From Candidatus Undinarchaeota archaeon (GTDB lineage Archaea; SpSt-1190; JASMDC01), in NCBI GenBank assembly GCA_964519305.1, contig CAZFHY010000016.1:32001-96000 (forward strand): DNA of 64,000 nucleotides. Direction: 5' to 3'. A program made the translations under genes and the position numbers. This document shows, one piece after another, positions 37,637 to 47,702 of this stretch (position 1 is its first letter; each line of letters starts with the position of its first letter). The notes beneath the pieces are model-generated. The model was not told the origin of the DNA. It saw only the letters and a program-made list of their open reading frames with translations, and made no database searches.

Positions 37637-38230
37637 TCATGCAAGCTCCTCCAGATGACGTTGGTGCTCGCCGTACTCCTCAAGGACGGACTTGATGAAG
37701 AGCGCGTCGTCGAAGGACGACCGCGCCCAGAGCACCTTGTGGTTGCGGGCGAGCGTCGCCCTGATCCTGATGGGCAGGTGGTTGATGATCGTCACCTCCA
37801 CTTTTTTAGGGAGCTCGCCATATAAGCGCAGCAGCGCTTTCGTACCACTTTCGGATGAGGGCTCCTCCCGGAACAGGATGCCGATGTCGACGTCCGAGCG
37901 CCAGATAGCGGTGCCGTCGGCATAAGAGCCAAACAGCACGATGGCCAGTACATCTGGGAACACCTCGTCCTCCTGAATGGCGCACACGCTCTTATCGATG
38001 ATGCGCTTGATCGTCTGCCCGGACTTGAGCTCTAGCTCGTCAGGCGCAAGTTCCCTGCACGCCGCGATGAACCTGAACTTCGCCCGGATGTCCCGTGAGA
38101 GACGGTTTCGCTCCGACTGGGTGAGCGGGAGGCCAAGAAGCTGCCTGCGGACGATGGCGATCTCCCGGGCACCGAGGACCTTTCGGGCCTCGGGTAGCTC
38201 GAGGAGGCGTTCAAGTCTCATTATAACCAT
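37637..38230 (-). CDS. nucleotidyltransferase (MNT/Pol-beta-like) with N-terminal extension
   Basis: LFGSYADGTA..RSDVDIG; N-terminal LTQSERNRLSRDIR. Confidence 0.85.
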   Translation of the reverse strand: MVIMRLERLLELPEARKVLGAREIAIVRRQLLGLPLTQSERNRLSRDIRAKFRFIAACRELAPDELELKSGQTIKRIIDKSVCAIQEDEVFPDVLAIVLFGSYADGTAIWRSDVDIGILFREEPSSESGTKALLRLYGELPKKVEVTIINHLPIRIRATLARNHKVLWARSSFDDALFIKSVLEEYGEHQRHLEELA

Positions 38231-38401
38231 TATTTAGGTTATTTTTCTATATATAGCTATCCCCGACGTATGGAGGAGGACCGTAGGACTACCGCCGGTC
38301 GTCACTGAAGCATATAGTTCGGTACGGACACTTCTATCACTAGGTGATCATAAGGCGAATGTATATAACTACGGATATACTATGAATATTGAGGCATTTT
38401 T

Positions 38402-38653
38402 ATGACATCCGTTACGATCCGGTTCCATGGTGTGCAGGAGCAGATACTCGAGCGTATCCTGGAGAGCGGTATCGCGGAGACGAAGAGCGAGGCGATCCGG
38501 ATGGCCGTGCTGAAGTTCGGCATGGATATGGGTCTCATATCGGACCTGACCGTGTTCCATACCATACAGGACGACTTGGAGTCCAGGAAGCAACCGATCC
38601 GGAGAGTGCTCGAGGATATCGAGCGGGTGAAGGATGAGACTACTGTTCGATAG
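38402..38653 (+). CDS. ribbon-helix-helix protein (antitoxin-like)
   Basis: VTIRF...ILERILESGIAETKSEAIRMAV RHH pattern. Confidence 0.75.
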   Translation: MTSVTIRFHGVQEQILERILESGIAETKSEAIRMAVLKFGMDMGLISDLTVFHTIQDDLESRKQPIRRVLEDIERVKDETTVR

Positions 38654-38687
38654 CTCTGTCAAGAGCGTGTATCCGAGCGATTACTGA
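38634..38687 (+). pseudogene. truncated PIN/VapC toxin remnant
   Basis: ATG overlapping the RHH gene 3' end reads MRLLFDSSVKSVYPSDY*, a PIN-like first strand. Confidence 0.45.
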
Positions 38688-38698
38688 GTAGAGCCGTT

Positions 38699-39184
38699 TC
38701 ATCGCTTCCCGGCAAGTCGCCCCAGCTCGTCGCCGGTCAGCCGGTACACGGTCCACTCGTCCATGGCCTTGGCCCCGATCGCCTCGTAGAAGTCGATGGC
38801 AGGCTTGTTCCAGTCCAGCACCCACCACTCCAGCCGCCCGCACCCCCTATCCACGGCAAGGGCTGCAAGGTGTGCGAGCAGTTTCTTCCCGAAACCCTTC
38901 CCGCGGTGGGCAGGCCGGACGTACAGGTCCTCGATGTAGAGGCCGTGACGACCGAGGAACGTGGAGTAGTTATGGAAGAACAGGGCGTGCCCCACGGGCT
39001 TTCCGTCGAGCTCGGCGATGACGACCTCGGCCTCCTTGCGGTCGAAGATGGAAGCTTCGATGGCCTCTACGTCGGCAACGACCTCGTGAAGGAGCTTCTC
39101 GTACTCGGCCAGCTCCCGGATGAACCCGAGGATGGTCGCGGCGTCGGTCCGTACCGCAGGCCTGATGGTGAACCCGTCGTCCAT
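38699..39184 (-). CDS. GNAT acetyltransferase (SSAT/PaiA-like)
   Basis: IRELAEYEK, NYSTFLG, YIEDLYVRP.HRGKGFG, VLDWNKPAIDFY. Confidence 0.93.
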   Translation of the reverse strand: MDDGFTIRPAVRTDAATILGFIRELAEYEKLLHEVVADVEAIEASIFDRKEAEVVIAELDGKPVGHALFFHNYSTFLGRHGLYIEDLYVRPAHRGKGFGKKLLAHLAALAVDRGCGRLEWWVLDWNKPAIDFYEAIGAKAMDEWTVYRLTGDELGRLAGKR

Positions 39185-39269
39185 GGTGTGATGTGGGGAT
39201 GTAATCAATAAGAAGTTACGGTCTTCGTTCGTTGCGCCCCTGAGCGCGTTCGGGGCGTCAGGTGGAGTT

Positions 39270-42060
39270 TGTGATTTCCTGCTTGGATTGGGTGGTGGGT
39301 TATGGATAATTTCTATTCAGCTATGTGTGAGCTAATGCTATTTAATTTCATAATATTCTTAAATGTAAATATATCTATACTCTTCATATTCAATAATGAT
39401 GTGATTGGTTAAATTCGAAATTTATTAAAACAAGGTCTGGTCTGTTATTTCCTTACCCAAGGAAGGAAAGCAGGATGTGCAAAATGAACAGAAGTAACTT
39501 CCTTTTAGAAGTCAGTCTTCTCGTAATAATCCTTTTTTATGCTCCTGTGATTGTCGGAGGTCTTGAGACATCGGAGTCAATCTCCACTAACGGAGAAAAC
39601 CAAAAGACTATATCATTGGACACATCTATCAACATATTATTCTCTCTTGAATGGGGGCGGGAAGGCAGGGACGATGGCGAATTCGATTTACCCATAGATG
39701 TCGCAGTTGATAATGAAGGGAGAGTCTACATCGCAGATGCAGACAATGACCGGATTCAAGTGTTCGATAATGAGGGAAGGTTCATTACTAAATGGGGTTC
39801 TCGGGGACGATCTCAAAGTGACTTATGGAATCCTCATAGTGTGGCTGTCGATAAGGATGGCAATGTCTATGTCGTAGACCAGATGAACGAACATGTTAAG
39901 GTCTTTAATCCCGAGGGTGCCTTGGAAAAGGTATGGGATCATGTCGAAATGAGACCTATGTACGTTGCTGTCGGACAAAATGATAGAATATATGTAGTCG
40001 AATTCATTAGTCATAGGATTAGGGTCTTTTCCCCGGATGGTACATTATTGCAGACATGGAACCGTGGAAGAGGGGTGAGTCGGTTGACTTATCCGCACGG
40101 GATTGCGGTTAATGGGAACGGTACTGCGTTTGTTGTTGATCGTAATGACCGTATTTTAGTATTCGATAAGAAAGGTAACTTCATAAGAGCAATGGGCCAG
40201 CCTGGCTCTGAAGACGGCGAATTCGAGACTATCCTTGATATTGCATTAGATAATAATGGGAATCTCTTCTTGGTTGATAAAGGAAATAGTCGGATTCAGG
40301 TGTTGGATCAGAACGGTACTTTTCTCATGAAATGGGGTATTCTTGGGAGTGAAGAAGGTGAGTTCAATTATCCTTCTGGAATAGCGATTGATAAGAATAA
40401 CAATGTATACATAGCGGACAGGAAGAATTATCGTATCCAGAAGTTCATTCGAGTTAATACCGAGACCGATTGTTACACTGATAATGACTGTGCCCATGAC
40501 AAGGAATGCATGAACGGAAGATGCATACCATTAGTCTGTGATGTCGATACGATAGCTTGTGATCACCAATGCATGAATCAAGAGGGTGGGCGCTGTTGTG
40601 ATGGTGAGTGGCGTCATGATGTCGAGTGTTGTAGGAATGAGGAATGTAAAGGTGGCTTCTTATGCATCTCCAATACATGTATGAGGACTGGTTCTTTCTC
40701 ACCAGAGGAAGCCAGTCCGTGGCTCCGGGATGTACTGGAGTTCAATCATTATGAGCTCTTACATGGCATCACAGATGGTTACGTCGCATTCTTACTTGCC
40801 CGCGAGCGTGATCAATCTCTTACCTATGGAAACAAGACTCGGATAATTATCCGTGTCGAACTGTTCAACGATGATCTCTTGTATCGGGTCATTGGAGAGG
40901 TATATGGAACAAACAGTATGGCCTTCACTCGCCCAGACCTCATTATACTCAATGATGAATGGGGACATATCCAGCGGATTATTCGTATGAACGACACAGT
41001 ATTGACTCAGGAGCATGAATTGCGAATTGATAATACTACATCAGTGTCATCAGATGGATTACGGTTCTTACTGCATAGGCCAAAGAGAATAACTTACGTA
41101 GAGAGCGTGGCGCCATATAGGATTATCAAGAATATTCCACTCGAATTCGAATCCTACTTCTGCTCAAGTTATGGTAATATGGTCGCGGTGGTGCCCTTCA
41201 ACGAAAGACGCGTTGATGTCTACAACAACACAAATCATTCTATGATACTGTCCTCGCCGGAATTCAATGAGGGACTCACGTCAGTACTCGTCCACGACAA
41301 TCGTGCATATGGTGGTACACAAAAGGGACGTCTTGTAGCATGGAACCTTACAAGCGAATCTGGGGAGCGGGTGATGTCGGGGCATACAGGCGCTCTACAG
41401 GCACTTGTAGCTGACGATCTTTACGTGTACTCTGGTGGGGTTGATGGTGTTATCATCGTCCGTGAAACCGACACGCTTTTCGGACGCTTCAGACTGCGGG
41501 GTCACGAGGCGCCAGTAAAAGGAATCATTCCCCTAGGCGAACGAATTCTTACATTCGATAACACTACAATACGATTGTGGGAGCGACCGCGACGTCATAG
41601 CCCAACAGTCGTGACTCCGGCGATAAACATCACGCAAAGACCAATCCTGACCCCAAATGAGACTCTCGATCAGAATGTCACCGATGCCTTATCTATTAAC
41701 GACGTCACGAGTCACCCTATAGAACGAGAATCCGTTTGCGGTGATGGTATGTGTGGTGACAGTGAGAGCTCTGAAGCATGTTGTCAGGATTGCGGCTGTT
41801 CTCCCGGAATGAAGTGCGTCGATGATGTCTGTAGAACATCCTCGGTACCAATATGGATCACACCAGATCCCGATGAGGGTATCCATACTGATTCGGAAGA
41901 ATCCACTCACTCATCCGACCTAAGGCCCGCAGCGGGAACGATTAGTGTATTATTACTATTGGGAATTGTGGCAAGTTCGCAACTAATAATGAAGAAAGGA
42001 TAGTGTAGTGGGAACTCCCTTGTACAAAAAGGATGTGTAGGATTGATACGTCTGCACTTC
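39270..42060. other. low-GC island
   Basis: Abruptly AT-richer sequence and codon usage; very AT-rich at 39300-39450. Confidence 0.75.
39475..42003 (+). CDS. surface protein: signal peptide, NHL-repeat propeller, Cys-rich repeats, WD40-like repeats, C-terminal TM
   Basis: Repeats of F..P.DVAVD..G.VYIAD..N.RIQVF; GHTG/GHEA WD-like units; CGDGMC..ES...CCQDC; C-terminal hydrophobic helix + KKG. Confidence 0.88.
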   Translation: MCKMNRSNFLLEVSLLVIILFYAPVIVGGLETSESISTNGENQKTISLDTSINILFSLEWGREGRDDGEFDLPIDVAVDNEGRVYIADADNDRIQVFDNEGRFITKWGSRGRSQSDLWNPHSVAVDKDGNVYVVDQMNEHVKVFNPEGALEKVWDHVEMRPMYVAVGQNDRIYVVEFISHRIRVFSPDGTLLQTWNRGRGVSRLTYPHGIAVNGNGTAFVVDRNDRILVFDKKGNFIRAMGQPGSEDGEFETILDIALDNNGNLFLVDKGNSRIQVLDQNGTFLMKWGILGSEEGEFNYPSGIAIDKNNNVYIADRKNYRIQKFIRVNTETDCYTDNDCAHDKECMNGRCIPLVCDVDTIACDHQCMNQEGGRCCDGEWRHDVECCRNEECKGGFLCISNTCMRTGSFSPEEASPWLRDVLEFNHYELLHGITDGYVAFLLARERDQSLTYGNKTRIIIRVELFNDDLLYRVIGEVYGTNSMAFTRPDLIILNDEWGHIQRIIRMNDTVLTQEHELRIDNTTSVSSDGLRFLLHRPKRITYVESVAPYRIIKNIPLEFESYFCSSYGNMVAVVPFNERRVDVYNNTNHSMILSSPEFNEGLTSVLVHDNRAYGGTQKGRLVAWNLTSESGERVMSGHTGALQALVADDLYVYSGGVDGVIIVRETDTLFGRFRLRGHEAPVKGIIPLGERILTFDNTTIRLWERPRRHSPTVVTPAINITQRPILTPNETLDQNVTDALSINDVTSHPIERESVCGDGMCGDSESSEACCQDCGCSPGMKCVDDVCRTSSVPIWITPDPDEGIHTDSEESTHSSDLRPAAGTISVLLLLGIVASSQLIMKKG

Positions 42061-42110
42061 CGAACCCTCAGCAATCCTTATATACCGGCCATCGTGCCGC
42101 ACGCATCCTC

Positions 42111-42962
42111 ATGACGGTGAACGCTGGCGACCTGTCGTACGCCGACCTTATCGACAGTGCTGCTGACATGCTCACCGATATCGCGGACCATAACACCAGC
42201 AACTACCGCGAGTCCCCGACAGAGTATGCACTTGACGCCGTGCTCCGGTACGACGACCTTCCCACGTACGACACCGTGCTGAAGAGCCGGCCTGCCATAA
42301 CGTCGGTGGCGTCCAGCCTCTACCATATCAAAGAGGACCACATCGGTTTCGACGACGATATCGACCGCAACTTCTACAGGCGGGTATCACGGATAGGTGT
42401 GGACGTGTTCGGCAGGCACCGTGACCTCTACGTCAAGCAGTCATGGGAAGGGCTCCACAAGGAAGCGATCGGGCTCGAGCTGTCCAACCTCCTTACCGAT
42501 ACGAACACGAAGTACGTGATCACCGACGACATGCTCGTGACCGAAGAGATCCAGGGCGATCCCAGCTACGGACGTGCCGTGGACGTTTCCGATCCGGGGT
42601 ACGCGTACGAGTTCGGGAAATGGGAGGCCTTTGCCGAGCTGATGCACTTTTCCGACAGGCAGCCTGCCAACGTCCGCTGGGACGGGGAGCACCTGAACGA
42701 TATCGATTACGGGCAGTTCATGTCGTACACGTTCAAGCACAGCCTTCCCGAACCGGATCCTTCAATGTCAGGACACGTGCGGGCGGGCAGGGACGATGCA
42801 CGACGGACGATCGTCGAGAACATCAACAAGCACAGTTACAGGGTGAAGAGCCTGTTCACGGCCATGGTCGAGGACTATCACAACGGCGAGAGGAAATTGT
42901 GCTTCGGGACACCCGAGAAACAGTTACGAAGGATAGCCGACACGCTGCGCGGGTGGAAGTAG
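42111..42962 (+). CDS. atypical kinase-like protein (PI3/PI4K/HipA-like motifs)
   Basis: YVK...KE...; FSDRQPANV...IDYG; TTATATA upstream. Confidence 0.5.
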   Translation: MTVNAGDLSYADLIDSAADMLTDIADHNTSNYRESPTEYALDAVLRYDDLPTYDTVLKSRPAITSVASSLYHIKEDHIGFDDDIDRNFYRRVSRIGVDVFGRHRDLYVKQSWEGLHKEAIGLELSNLLTDTNTKYVITDDMLVTEEIQGDPSYGRAVDVSDPGYAYEFGKWEAFAELMHFSDRQPANVRWDGEHLNDIDYGQFMSYTFKHSLPEPDPSMSGHVRAGRDDARRTIVENINKHSYRVKSLFTAMVEDYHNGERKLCFGTPEKQLRRIADTLRGWK

Positions 42963-42981
42963 GGACTTCGGGCCGGATGGC

Positions 42982-44028
42982 TCAACTGAGACAGTCGCGG
43001 GGCCGTTCCCAGAACAGCCTGGTCGGTTCGCCGGTCCTGCACAGACCCTTCACGTTCGCAGGAGCCTCATCGATATCAATAGAGGACTCCTCATCCATAG
43101 AGGGGTCCATCTTGACCATGGGGCTCCCGGTCAGGCTCCCACGAACGTCGATGTCGGGGCAGGTGAACAGCTCGAGCCTATCGAAATCGAGGACCAGGGT
43201 GTCCATGGGATGGAGCAGTAACGGCCTGTTAGTAGTAGAGACCGATGAGATCACCACGTCACCGAGCACGTAGCTCATGAGCAGCTGTTCCGGGTCCTTT
43301 GCAGACACTACGTTGATGTACATCCTTTCGATCGTCTTCCCGGCCCCCGCCAGTTCGTAGAGGGGAAGCGTCGTCGAGTCGCTCAGCTTGGTGATGGTGA
43401 GCGGCCCGAACGCCATGGGGCAGGGGGGCGGGGTCGGCTCTGGTTTCTTGGTGGGTGCGGGGGCCACCCTGGTGATGGTGCCTTTGATGGTACCGGTCCC
43501 CGTGCTCTCCTCGGGCACCTCGTTGAACTTGTAGGTCCCGTCCCATCCCCCGTTCGAGCTCGACCCCGACGTCGTCGTATGGGTCGTCCCCGACACTCCG
43601 GTGGTCAGCATGGTCGATCCCTGGGTATGCAGTCCTATCGTTCCCTCGAACATGAGGCCTGTAAGGTCGACCGACACGGACGGGCCCGCATCGGGCGAGG
43701 AAAGCTCGGGCGGGGCCAGTGACAGGTCGACGGCGGCCGCCGCGATCCAGTTCCCGGACGTGGTGGACGTCCTGGTCGTCCTGTACGGGTGATCGAAGAA
43801 GTACTTGGCAGTACCCTTGATCCCCTGTATGTGAACGTACACGGCCGAGGGCAGGGACCCCTTTACCGGAGCGAGCACCGCAGAGTTGTCCGGTGCGGTG
43901 TTAGCGGGTGGTGCATCTGGCGCCGTGGTGCTGTCCGCAGAGCGGGTCTCGTTGAGCACCAGGCCGTTGGACACCAGCGAGAGCGCGGCGATGACAAGGA
44001 CAATATGGAGGAGCGTGCGGTCGTTCAT
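42982..44028 (-). CDS. PPAN-leader protein with Hcp-like domain interrupted by a Thr/Gly/Pro-rich insert
   Basis: MNDRTLL...SNGLVL...APPAN; VYVHIQGIKG; NWI; FGPLTITKLSDSTTLPLY...GKTI; YVLGDVVISSVS; PMDTLVLDFDRLE. Confidence 0.7.
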   Translation of the reverse strand: MNDRTLLHIVLVIAALSLVSNGLVLNETRSADSTTAPDAPPANTAPDNSAVLAPVKGSLPSAVYVHIQGIKGTAKYFFDHPYRTTRTSTTSGNWIAAAAVDLSLAPPELSSPDAGPSVSVDLTGLMFEGTIGLHTQGSTMLTTGVSGTTHTTTSGSSSNGGWDGTYKFNEVPEESTGTGTIKGTITRVAPAPTKKPEPTPPPCPMAFGPLTITKLSDSTTLPLYELAGAGKTIERMYINVVSAKDPEQLLMSYVLGDVVISSVSTTNRPLLLHPMDTLVLDFDRLELFTCPDIDVRGSLTGSPMVKMDPSMDEESSIDIDEAPANVKGLCRTGEPTRLFWERPRDCLS

Positions 44029-44153
44029 GATGCGTCACGACGGGGGGAAGGGATAAAAGCCTATTGACGAGCGTCGGCGCGTGGTCCTGAGCGCATCTGC
44101 CTATTTACCTGATACGCCCCTCGTGCTGGCCAGGACGTCGAGGGGACCGGCTC

Positions 44154-44504
44154 TCATGCTGTACGCTGGAGGATCTCACTGAAGTAACGACATGCACTCT
44201 TATCTTTTGGCGACGTGACACTTCCTAAGCATTTGCCTTGCCACTCGATCGACTTCGAGTAGCACGTCCTGTAACAACCGTTCACGTTCATAATTTCATC
44301 GAACGTGGGCTCGGCGAACGTGTAGCTCCTCTGTAGTCTATTGCAGATCTTGTTGCACCCCGAGTCAAAAAGGGTGTTCGCGGGCGGGAGCACGGGGTCC
44401 TCGGCAGCGACCGTGGTCTTCAGCTCCTTGAGCGTCAGGCCGTTGATGGCAAGCATCAGCAGGCAGAGCACGAGCACCACCCGGAGAAGCGTCTTATCGT
44501 TCAT
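44154..44504 (-). CDS. PPAN-leader Cys-rich small protein
   Basis: MNDKTLL...AINGLTLK...LPPAN; 6 Cys in cargo; TTTATAA upstream. Confidence 0.78.
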   Translation of the reverse strand: MNDKTLLRVVLVLCLLMLAINGLTLKELKTTVAAEDPVLPPANTLFDSGCNKICNRLQRSYTFAEPTFDEIMNVNGCYRTCYSKSIEWQGKCLGSVTSPKDKSACRYFSEILQRTA

Positions 44505-44650
44505 GGCCGGTACGTGCGATACGCATCGTTATAAAGGGATGTCAGGCCGTGCCGTGCCCATCTGATCCCTGGTCGAGCGTGTACCCGGTATATCCCGGCC
44601 TGCGCACCCCCGGTCATATACATAAAGGATAGTGCCCGGATCACCTGACC

Positions 44651-44962
44651 ATGGATGATCGCACGTTGATACGTTTCGCGCTGGTGATGAGCGTTCTCGC
44701 GCTCGTGGCGAACGGGATAGTAATGAACAGACAGATGACACTTGTTAGCACCCTTGATGATGCGAGCGTGCAGCCACCATTGAATGATGCTTGCGCTTCT
44801 TACGATGTAACTCAATGTTTGGCTACAGAAAGATACTGTGAATGGGACTCTAGTCAAAGGAAATGCTATGATCATGGATGCCACAGATACAGAGCCTTGA
44901 GCGCAGAATGCCGTTCTGCTGAAGGATGTTACACAAAGTGCTTTTGTGATGGAGCATCATAA
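44651..44962 (+). CDS. PPAN-like (PPLN) leader Cys-rich small protein
   Basis: MDDRTLI...VANGIVMN...QPPLN; 9 Cys in 58-aa cargo. Confidence 0.75.
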   Translation: MDDRTLIRFALVMSVLALVANGIVMNRQMTLVSTLDDASVQPPLNDACASYDVTQCLATERYCEWDSSQRKCYDHGCHRYRALSAECRSAEGCYTKCFCDGAS

Positions 44963-45174
44963 CACCGGGACTGGTGACAAGACGGTCGGATCGGTCCTCT
45001 TGGACTAGGAAAGCAGTTGTGGGGACATTGGTGTTCATTCCAGCAAAAGCCGGCAATATCCCCACAACAGGTCCGTTAGGACAATGGATGGCCGGACCTC
45101 ACGAACGTATAAAGGTTCCGGCTCCCGGCCGGCGCACCCCACTTCCTGAACTATAAGGTACTTGACCCCGGAGA

Positions 45175-45477
45175 TCAGGTGAAGAGAAGGAGGTAGACCT
45201 TCTGCCGGTTCGAGAACGGTCTGTGACCCACGCTCTCGCTGGTCTCTCCCCGGAATTTTGAATGGCGACAATAACGTCTGCGTAGCTTGTCCTCGATCTC
45301 TTTGGACCTGTCGTTCGTACAATAATCCGTTAGTACTATGACCCTGTTGGCGCCTTCTTCTTTCTTTCGTTCTTCGGGCTTCTCGCCCCTGCCGATGTCA
45401 AAGCCCTTAACGCTCGCAGGTTTGATCTTGACCTCGATTATCCCTACACATTTTGCCAAAAGCAAGGTATTGTCCAT
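45175..45477 (-). CDS. hypothetical low-GC protein
   Basis: ORF in AT-richer gap; TATAAG about 20 nt upstream. Confidence 0.4.
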   Translation of the reverse strand: MDNTLLLAKCVGIIEVKIKPASVKGFDIGRGEKPEERKKEEGANRVIVLTDYCTNDRSKEIEDKLRRRYCRHSKFRGETSESVGHRPFSNRQKVYLLLFT

Positions 45478-45638
45478 TCGATCTGCTTCCCCCTTATACC
45501 TGGTCTTCCGTGAGCTGTATGGATTGTCTGTATCTCGCCATTGATATAGCTTGGCGATTGACGCCTCATGAGCTCTGCCGCGGACCGCTTTGCAGGGGGC
45601 CTCGTTCGTGTCCCTCTACGACACTCCAAGGACCATAT

Positions 45639-46745
45639 CTAGATGATCCGTGCCACCGCGGGGACGCGACGGATGGCGGCGCTCGATCCCCAACTGAGCA
45701 TCAACGTTCCTGCGAACACCACAGCGGCCTTATGGACCGCGTGAAGGTCGGCTGCGAGCATACCGTACTGGAGCCAGGACGAGAACACGTAGTGGAAGAT
45801 GTAGATACCGTAGGCGTTGTCGCTGAGACTGTCCATGATACTGGTCCGCTGTTGCGCGAACCGGAGGAAGGCCCCGATGACGCCGAACACGACGGCCGCG
45901 CAGGAAACGGTGAACAGGAGATAGAACGGTTGGATGTTCACCCAGGCGATAATGCCCGCGAGCAGCCAGAGCCACCAGTATTTTGCGGGCGCGCTCTTGG
46001 ACGTGAGCCAGGTGTCCTCAAGTCCGTAGGCACCCACCATGGTACCTGCAAGGAAGTACACCACGTAGAGAATGATACGACTGGTCTGGAAGTGGAAGGG
46101 ACCGATGACCGTCCAATGGAACGCGCCGAAGACGGATGCCAGAGGGAGCCACGCGATGGTCGAGGCCAGGGTCAGGGTCCAGAAGAACGTCGTGGGACGG
46201 GCCATGATAAAGGCAGCCCGTGATCTGATGATATCGGCGGCGTGGGGCGCGAGCCGGTACAGTACGGCGGCAAGGACATTGAACGACAGCAGCACCCACA
46301 GGAACCAGAGGTGACCGTCCGTCCTGAAACCGGTCCTGGCCATGCCGGACCAGAACTCATAAAGACCGGCGCCCGGGCCGCGGGCTATCAGCTGCGCGGG
46401 GAATATGGCAAGGGGGATGAGCAATGGGACGCCGATGACGTACGGTATCCCGAGCCGGACGAGCCTGTCACGCAGGAACGACCGGGGCCCCTTGCGCTCG
46501 AGCGATCCCCACACGAACAGCCCCGAGACGAAGAACAGCAATGACATGAACCAGGTATCGTTGAACAATACTATCAGGTCGAAGCCGAGCCACTGTCGAT
46601 CGTCATCGACCGGGTTGGTGTTCGCCACAGGGTCCACGGAATTGAACTCCATGAACGTGGTGTACGCAAGCGTGGAGTGATGGAGGACGACAAGGACTAT
46701 TACGAACGCGCGAAGATAGTCGAAGGCCGGTATCCTTGATGTCAT
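45639..46745 (-). CDS. acyltransferase-3 (OpgC-like) membrane O-acyltransferase
   Basis: FDYLRA..IVLVVLHH; FMSLLFFVSG; RLVRLGIP; GHLWFL; YGIYIFH. Confidence 0.92.
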   Translation of the reverse strand: MTSRIPAFDYLRAFVIVLVVLHHSTLAYTTFMEFNSVDPVANTNPVDDDRQWLGFDLIVLFNDTWFMSLLFFVSGLFVWGSLERKGPRSFLRDRLVRLGIPYVIGVPLLIPLAIFPAQLIARGPGAGLYEFWSGMARTGFRTDGHLWFLWVLLSFNVLAAVLYRLAPHAADIIRSRAAFIMARPTTFFWTLTLASTIAWLPLASVFGAFHWTVIGPFHFQTSRIILYVVYFLAGTMVGAYGLEDTWLTSKSAPAKYWWLWLLAGIIAWVNIQPFYLLFTVSCAAVVFGVIGAFLRFAQQRTSIMDSLSDNAYGIYIFHYVFSSWLQYGMLAADLHAVHKAAVVFAGTLMLSWGSSAAIRRVPAVARII

Positions 46746-46775
46746 GTTCTCTTCACTCTCTTGCGGACCTCGGTC

Positions 46776-47702
46776 CTAATGGGCCACGGTCACGACGACG
46801 TGTCCCTTCTTGTGCCCGTTCTCGACATACCTGTGGCCCTCTACGATCTGGTCCAGCGTATAGGTCCTGTCTATGACGGTCCGTATCTTACCCGCCTCGA
46901 CAAGCTCCTTGAGGAAGTCAAGGTCCTCGGTCTTTATGTCGTCGCCGGAATCCCAGTTGACGTTGAGATAGATGCCGGCCGGTCTGACAGCTTTCTTGGC
47001 TTGCGAGGACGAGAACTTGTCGACCGCGTCAAAGACCACATCGTAGGTCTCACCGCTCTTGGTGAAATCGTCCTTGGTGTAGTCGATGACCTTGTCGGCC
47101 CCAAGAGAGCTCACCATCTCCAGATTGGACGTGCTGCACACACCGGTGACCTCTGCCCCATAGTGCTTGGCGAGCTGTACCGCAAAGACACCAACGCTGC
47201 CGGAAGCGCCATAGATCAGGACCTCCTGTCCGCTCTTGATGTCCGCCTTCTTGAGAACGTTCAATGCCGTGATCCCACCGGTAGCGACGCCGGCGGCTGC
47301 TTCCTCATAGGTCATGTTGGCAGGTTTCCGGACCAGCAGTCCGTCCTCGGGCATACATTTGTACTCGGCATGACCGCCAAAAGCTTCTTTGCCCGGGTAT
47401 AGCATCGCAAGAACGCTGTCACCTTTCGCAAAACGTGTTACGTCCTTGCCCACTGCTTCGATATCCCCGGCGAGCTCCATCCCCAGTACGGGTCTCCTTG
47501 GTCCCAGGACGCCCAGGTACAGTCGCGCAAAGAGCCATTGCCAGCGGGGGACGTCGAACCTTCGCATCCTCGTATCCCCCACGTGCACCGTTGTCGCGAC
47601 TATCCTGATGAGCACCTCATCGTCCTTGGGAACGGGTTTGGGGACCTCTTCGATCTTCACGACCTCGGGCGGTCCGTACCTTCTGTAGACGGCGGCTTTC
47701 AT
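46776..47702 (-). CDS. MDR-family NAD(P)-dependent oxidoreductase
   Basis: [26 protein letters not shown]. Confidence 0.93.
   Translation of the reverse strand: MKAAVYRRYGPPEVVKIEEVPKPVPKDDEVLIRIVATTVHVGDTRMRRFDVPRWQWLFARLYLGVLGPRRPVLGMELAGDIEAVGKDVTRFAKGDSVLAMLYPGKEAFGGHAEYKCMPEDGLLVRKPANMTYEEAAAGVATGGITALNVLKKADIKSGQEVLIYGASGSVGVFAVQLAKHYGAEVTGVCSTSNLEMVSSLGADKVIDYTKDDFTKSGETYDVVFDAVDKFSSSQAKKAVRPAGIYLNVNWDSGDDIKTEDLDFLKELVEAGKIRTVIDRTYTLDQIVEGHRYVENGHKKGHVVVTVAH

Noticed and set aside
34591-44504. PPAN Asn as an N-glycosylation sequon for the neighbouring WWDYG protein
   Set aside because: The residues following Asn (NSW, NSA, NYL, NTA, NTL, NVE) do not form N-x-S/T.
45175-45477. GIY-YIG-like nuclease or IS remnant in the low-GC gap
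   Set aside because: The resemblance is too weak, and there are no terminal repeats or transposase motifs.
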